Of a stretch of 64,000 nt of DNA, positions 60,329-64,000 are shown in pieces. Position 1 is the first letter of the stretch, and every line of letters starts with the position of its first letter. The notes beneath the pieces were generated by a model, which was given only the letters and a program-made list of their open reading frames with translations, was not told where the DNA came from and made no database searches. This DNA is from Macrostomum lignano (Eukaryota): positions 186,001 to 250,000 of the forward strand of contig NIVC01001414.1 in NCBI GenBank assembly GCA_002269645.1, given 5' to 3'. Position numbers and translations under genes: made by a program.

Positions 60329-61327
60329 AACAGCTTGACAACAAGGAGAGCAATGGGGTTTGCCTGCTAAAGCTGCTCAGTAATGAACTCTAGCTCAGAT
60401 TTCTAGCTTAGATTCCATTAGCCATCAACTCGGTGCCTGCCCAGGACAGTGCGGGACTCGCATGTAGGGAGATTTGTCAACGCGACAGCTCAGCTTCTCT
60501 ATTCTCCATCAGATCCCAGTTCAGCTTCTCTATTCTCCACCAGATCCCAGCTCAGCTTCTCTATTCTTCATCAGATCCCAGCTCAGCTTCTTTATTCTCC
60601 ATCAGATCCCAGCTCAGCTTCTCTATTCTCCATCAGATCCCAGCTCAGCTTCTCTATTCTCCATCAGATCCCAGCTCAGCTTCTCTATTCTCCATCAGAT
60701 CCCAGCTCAGCTTCTCTATTCTCCATCATATCCCAGCTCAGACCCCAATACAAACTTGTTTGCTCCTAGCTTGACTAACAACAGCTTGACAACAAGGAGA
60801 GCAATGGGGTTTGCCTGCTAAAGCTGCTCAGTAATGAACTCTAGCTCAGATTCCATTAGCCATCAACTCGGTGCCTGCCCAGGACAGTGCGGGACTCGCA
60901 TGTAGGGAGATTTGTCAACGCGACAGCTCAGCTTCTCTATTCTCCATCAGATCCCAGTTCAGCTTCTCTATTCTCCACCAGATCCCAGCTCAGCTTCTCT
61001 ATTCTTCATCAGATCCCAGCTCAGCTTCTTTATTCTCCATCAGATCCCAGCTCAGCTTCTCTATTCTCCATCAGATCCCAGCTCAGCTTCTCTATTCTCC
61101 ATCAGATCCCAGCTCAGCTTCTCTATTCTCCATCAGATCCCAGCTCAGCTTCTCTATTCTCCATCAGATCCCAGCTCAGCTTCTCTATTCTCCATCAGAT
61201 CCCAGCTCAGCTTCTCTATTCTCCATCAGATCCCAGCTCAGCTTCTCTATTCTCCATCAGATCCCAGCTCAGCTTCTCTATTCTCCATCATATCCCAGCT
61301 CAGACCCCAATACAAACTTGTTTGCTC
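60329..61327. repeat. Two tandem copies of a 450-550-bp unit, each containing a 31-bp minisatellite
   Basis: The unit restarts at about 60780 (AACAGCTTGACAACAAGG). Internal array (CAGATCCCAGCTCAGCTTCTCTATTCTCCAT)n has about 8 versus 12 units. Confidence 0.9.
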
Positions 61328-61409
61328 CTGTTTGGAGAAAGTAAAAACAGCACAGAAGTGCAGCTGGTCGGCATCCCCGCATCTGCCCCTCTGCCCCTCC
61401 CAACACTCC

Positions 61410-61456
61410 TCTCTCCCCAGTCTGTCTGTCTGTCTTTCTGTCTGTCTGTCGGTCTT

Positions 61457-61509
<53 letters not shown>

Positions 61510-61510
61510 A

Positions 61511-61561
<51 letters not shown>

Positions 61562-61573
61562 GTGTCTGTCTGC

Positions 61574-61632
<59 letters not shown>

Positions 61633-63982
61633 GTGTCTGTCTGTCTGTCTGTCTGTCCAATTATTAAAATCGAAATCGGCACAGCTGTGAGCCCTGCTGC
61701 AATTCCCCTGCAGCAAAATAATTTGAGCAGTTTTTATTGAGGCTGTGAGCTCCTCAGATTTCCTGCATTCTCAGTTTTCACTAGCAAAATCCAAATTCTT
61801 GGCTTCGTGTTGTCCTTGTGCTTTACCCATCTGCATCGCTTGTGAAATTCCACATTCCCAAGTCAAATGAAATTTTATATCAACTTCTGTGTGTTTTTAC
61901 ACTGTTTGACCAATGAAGGATTTTTCTGAGATCACTTTAATTCCAGTGTTGTTTTATGCCTATCCAGTTTATTAATGAATTCTCACTAAACTTCTGCACT
62001 ACTGCTAGCTGTCAGTAGTAGTGGCGGACATGACAAATTTTCGTCTTGGTTGATTTCTAAATGTACTCGTTGAGTCACCCAGCAATCAGTGACTGAAGCT
62101 GCGGTGTCCAAGAGTATCCGCATGTAACGGTTAGATACACATTAAAGAGCTGCTCGCTGTTCGTAGTGAGCACAGAAATGCCGTTCTTATCATTCTGTTG
62201 CTTTTATAAGCCTTGCTTATTTTTTTGATGCAAGAAAGATAGAGCACAAGAGCTGAGAGGGACTGGAAGGCCAGAGTGGAAGATGGTCGACATCAGAGAA
62301 TCGTCATGCCAACCATAAAAGACTTGTGGAGGATTCGCTGAAATGCTGCAGCTCATCATAAAGGGTTGCTCGGGTGCCCTGAGCCACAGCTCATTGGGGA
62401 TCTCGCATCATAGATTATAGCTGCTTTCAGTTGTGATGCTTTTTTGCTTTTTTTGAGAGAAGTAGACAGGAGAGGAGAGAGGGGTAGACAGGAGAGAGGG
62501 ATAGACAGGAGATAGGAGAGAGGAGAGAGGGGTAGACATGAGAGAGGAGAGAGGGGTAGACAGGAAAGAGGAGAGAGGGGTAGACAGGAGAGAGGGGTAG
62601 ACAGGAAAGAGGAGAGAGGGGTAGACAGGAGAGAGGAGAGAGGGGTAGACAGGAGAGATGAGAGAGGGGTAGACAGGAGAGAGGAGAGAGGGGTAGACAG
62701 GAAAGAGGAGAGTGGGGTAGACAGGAGAGAGGAGAGAGGGGTAGACAGGAAAGAGGAGAGAGGGGTAGACAGGAGAGAGGAGAGAGGGGTAGACAGGAGA
62801 GAGGAGATCGAAGGGTTGACAGGAGGGAGATGTAGATAGGAAAGAGTACTGAGAGCACTGAGTGTGCCAAGCACAGCAGCACTGAGAATGAACCAAGCCT
62901 GACAACTGTGTGCCATGTGTCAGACACTCTTACCTTTTCAAGCCGCTGATACAGATTTTATAATGTCAGCATTGATGTATAATTTGTTGTTACATTTTTA
63001 TTGTATTGTTTACGCTCGTAAATATTTAACCTTATTTCAAAGTGAGACGATGGCATTAAAATTGTTTGATATCTGCTAAAGTACACAGCGCAACAGTAAA
63101 AGTACATGCGCTACTGTGCAAGCTTCAGCACTGCAAAGAGGTTCTACAATAAAGAAGTCAAAGCATTCGGGAAAATCAAAACGGTGCAGTGAGAGCAGAC
63201 TTTGCTGATAGCGACGCTCGTGAAGGTGCTGGGTGGCTTTTTTCCGTTCTTGAAACGCTACTTCAGTGGTAAAAAATATGTTTCCATAGCATTCCATAGC
63301 TACTAAAGCACCCTAAGAATGAATTTCGGCTAAGTCAATACCCACAACGTATTGTAGCCTAGATTCTCAGAACAAAGAAATCTGATGATTTAAAATTTTA
63401 AATTTAGGATCCAAAGTCAATTCTCACGTCGTAGACAGTTTTCGAAGTGAGTCAGACTCTTTCGTCAGGAACTCGTGCTGCAGCAGCTCCACTGCGGGTC
63501 TTCTCTTCCTGCGGTCCTTGGCGGTGCAGCGGCTGTAGAAATCCATCAGCTCTGCGGACTGGCCGTCCGGCAGGGCGGGGGCGCCCCTCCTGTCAAGATG
63601 CTGGGCCATTTCCAAAAAGCTTTTGGCATCAGCAAAAGGCTCAGTACCGGAGGCCATCTGGAAGACCGAGCAGCCGAACGCCCAGATGTCCGACTCTCTG
63701 CTGTACCGCGGGCTGTCCGACTCTTCCGCTCCGAGCAGCTCTGGCGCCATGAAGTTCAGGGTGCCTTTGGGTGACTGAGTGGAGGCTGACATGTGGCTGA
63801 CTAACTGCTCCAGCTTGATTGACAAGCCGAAGTCGATCAGCTTGATTCGCGTGTTGTCAGCACAAACAATTATGTTCGAGCAGTTGATGTCTCTGTGGAT
63901 CACTGGCGGCTGCCGGCTGTGCAGGTAGAGCAGCGCGCGGCAGATCTGCGAGCGGTCGGTCAGTGAGCAGTCAGCATTCATG
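61410..63982. repeat. Segmental duplication unit, partial copy 3 (SVOP 3' flank, spacer, kinase C-lobe)
   Basis: From the (TCTG)n tract onward it matches 31820-33810 and 7640-9360. The SVOP coding sequence is absent. Confidence 0.9.
63424..63945 (-). CDS. Protein kinase C-lobe exon, copy 3 (upstream exons not visible)
   Basis: HRDINCSN, IDFG, GTLNFMAPE and SDIWAFGC are intact. Homology to the paralogous intron stops at about 63982. Confidence 0.8.
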   Translation of the reverse strand: MCRALLYLHSRQPPVIHRDINCSNIIVCADNTRIKLIDFGLSIKLEQLVSHMSASTQSPKGTLNFMAPELLGAEESDSPRYSRESDIWAFGCSVFQMASGTEPFADAKSFLEMAQHLDRRGAPALPDGQSAELMDFYSRCTAKDRRKRRPAVELLQHEFLTKESDSLRKLSTT

Positions 63983-64000
63983 GACAACTAGAGTATAAGG

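Overview
Eukaryotic nuclear DNA from an invertebrate animal: GT-AG spliceosomal introns, GC-rich exons and abundant (GACT)n/(TCTG)n microsatellites. The style resembles a flatworm such as Macrostomum, but that is only a guess. The window is organised as a tandem segmental duplication. One module contains an SVOP-like MFS transporter (+), an ankyrin+kinase gene (-) and an orphan-domain+ankyrin gene (-). It occurs at about 4.2-19.3 kb and 26.95-54.96 kb, and a third partial copy starts at about 61.4 kb. Copy 1 carries the SVOP and orphan-exon frameshifts, copy 2 carries the kinase lesions, and introns differ by large minisatellite, satellite and transposon insertions. Mobile DNA includes a decayed piggyBac, a Polinton-type integrase fragment, and a Neptune-like Penelope retroelement that is split by a MITE and ends in a minimal hammerhead ribozyme. 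There is also a second Penelope-type fragment, a Merlin-like MITE and a foldback element. The window further holds a tRNA-Ile gene with the eukaryote-atypical GAT anticodon, a 4.25 kb 21-bp satellite in exact register, and a roughly 400-aa orphan ORF. Most long ORFs in the supplied track are artefacts of tandem repeats. All exon models were inferred by hand from splice signals and reading phase, not from expression data. No database search was run.
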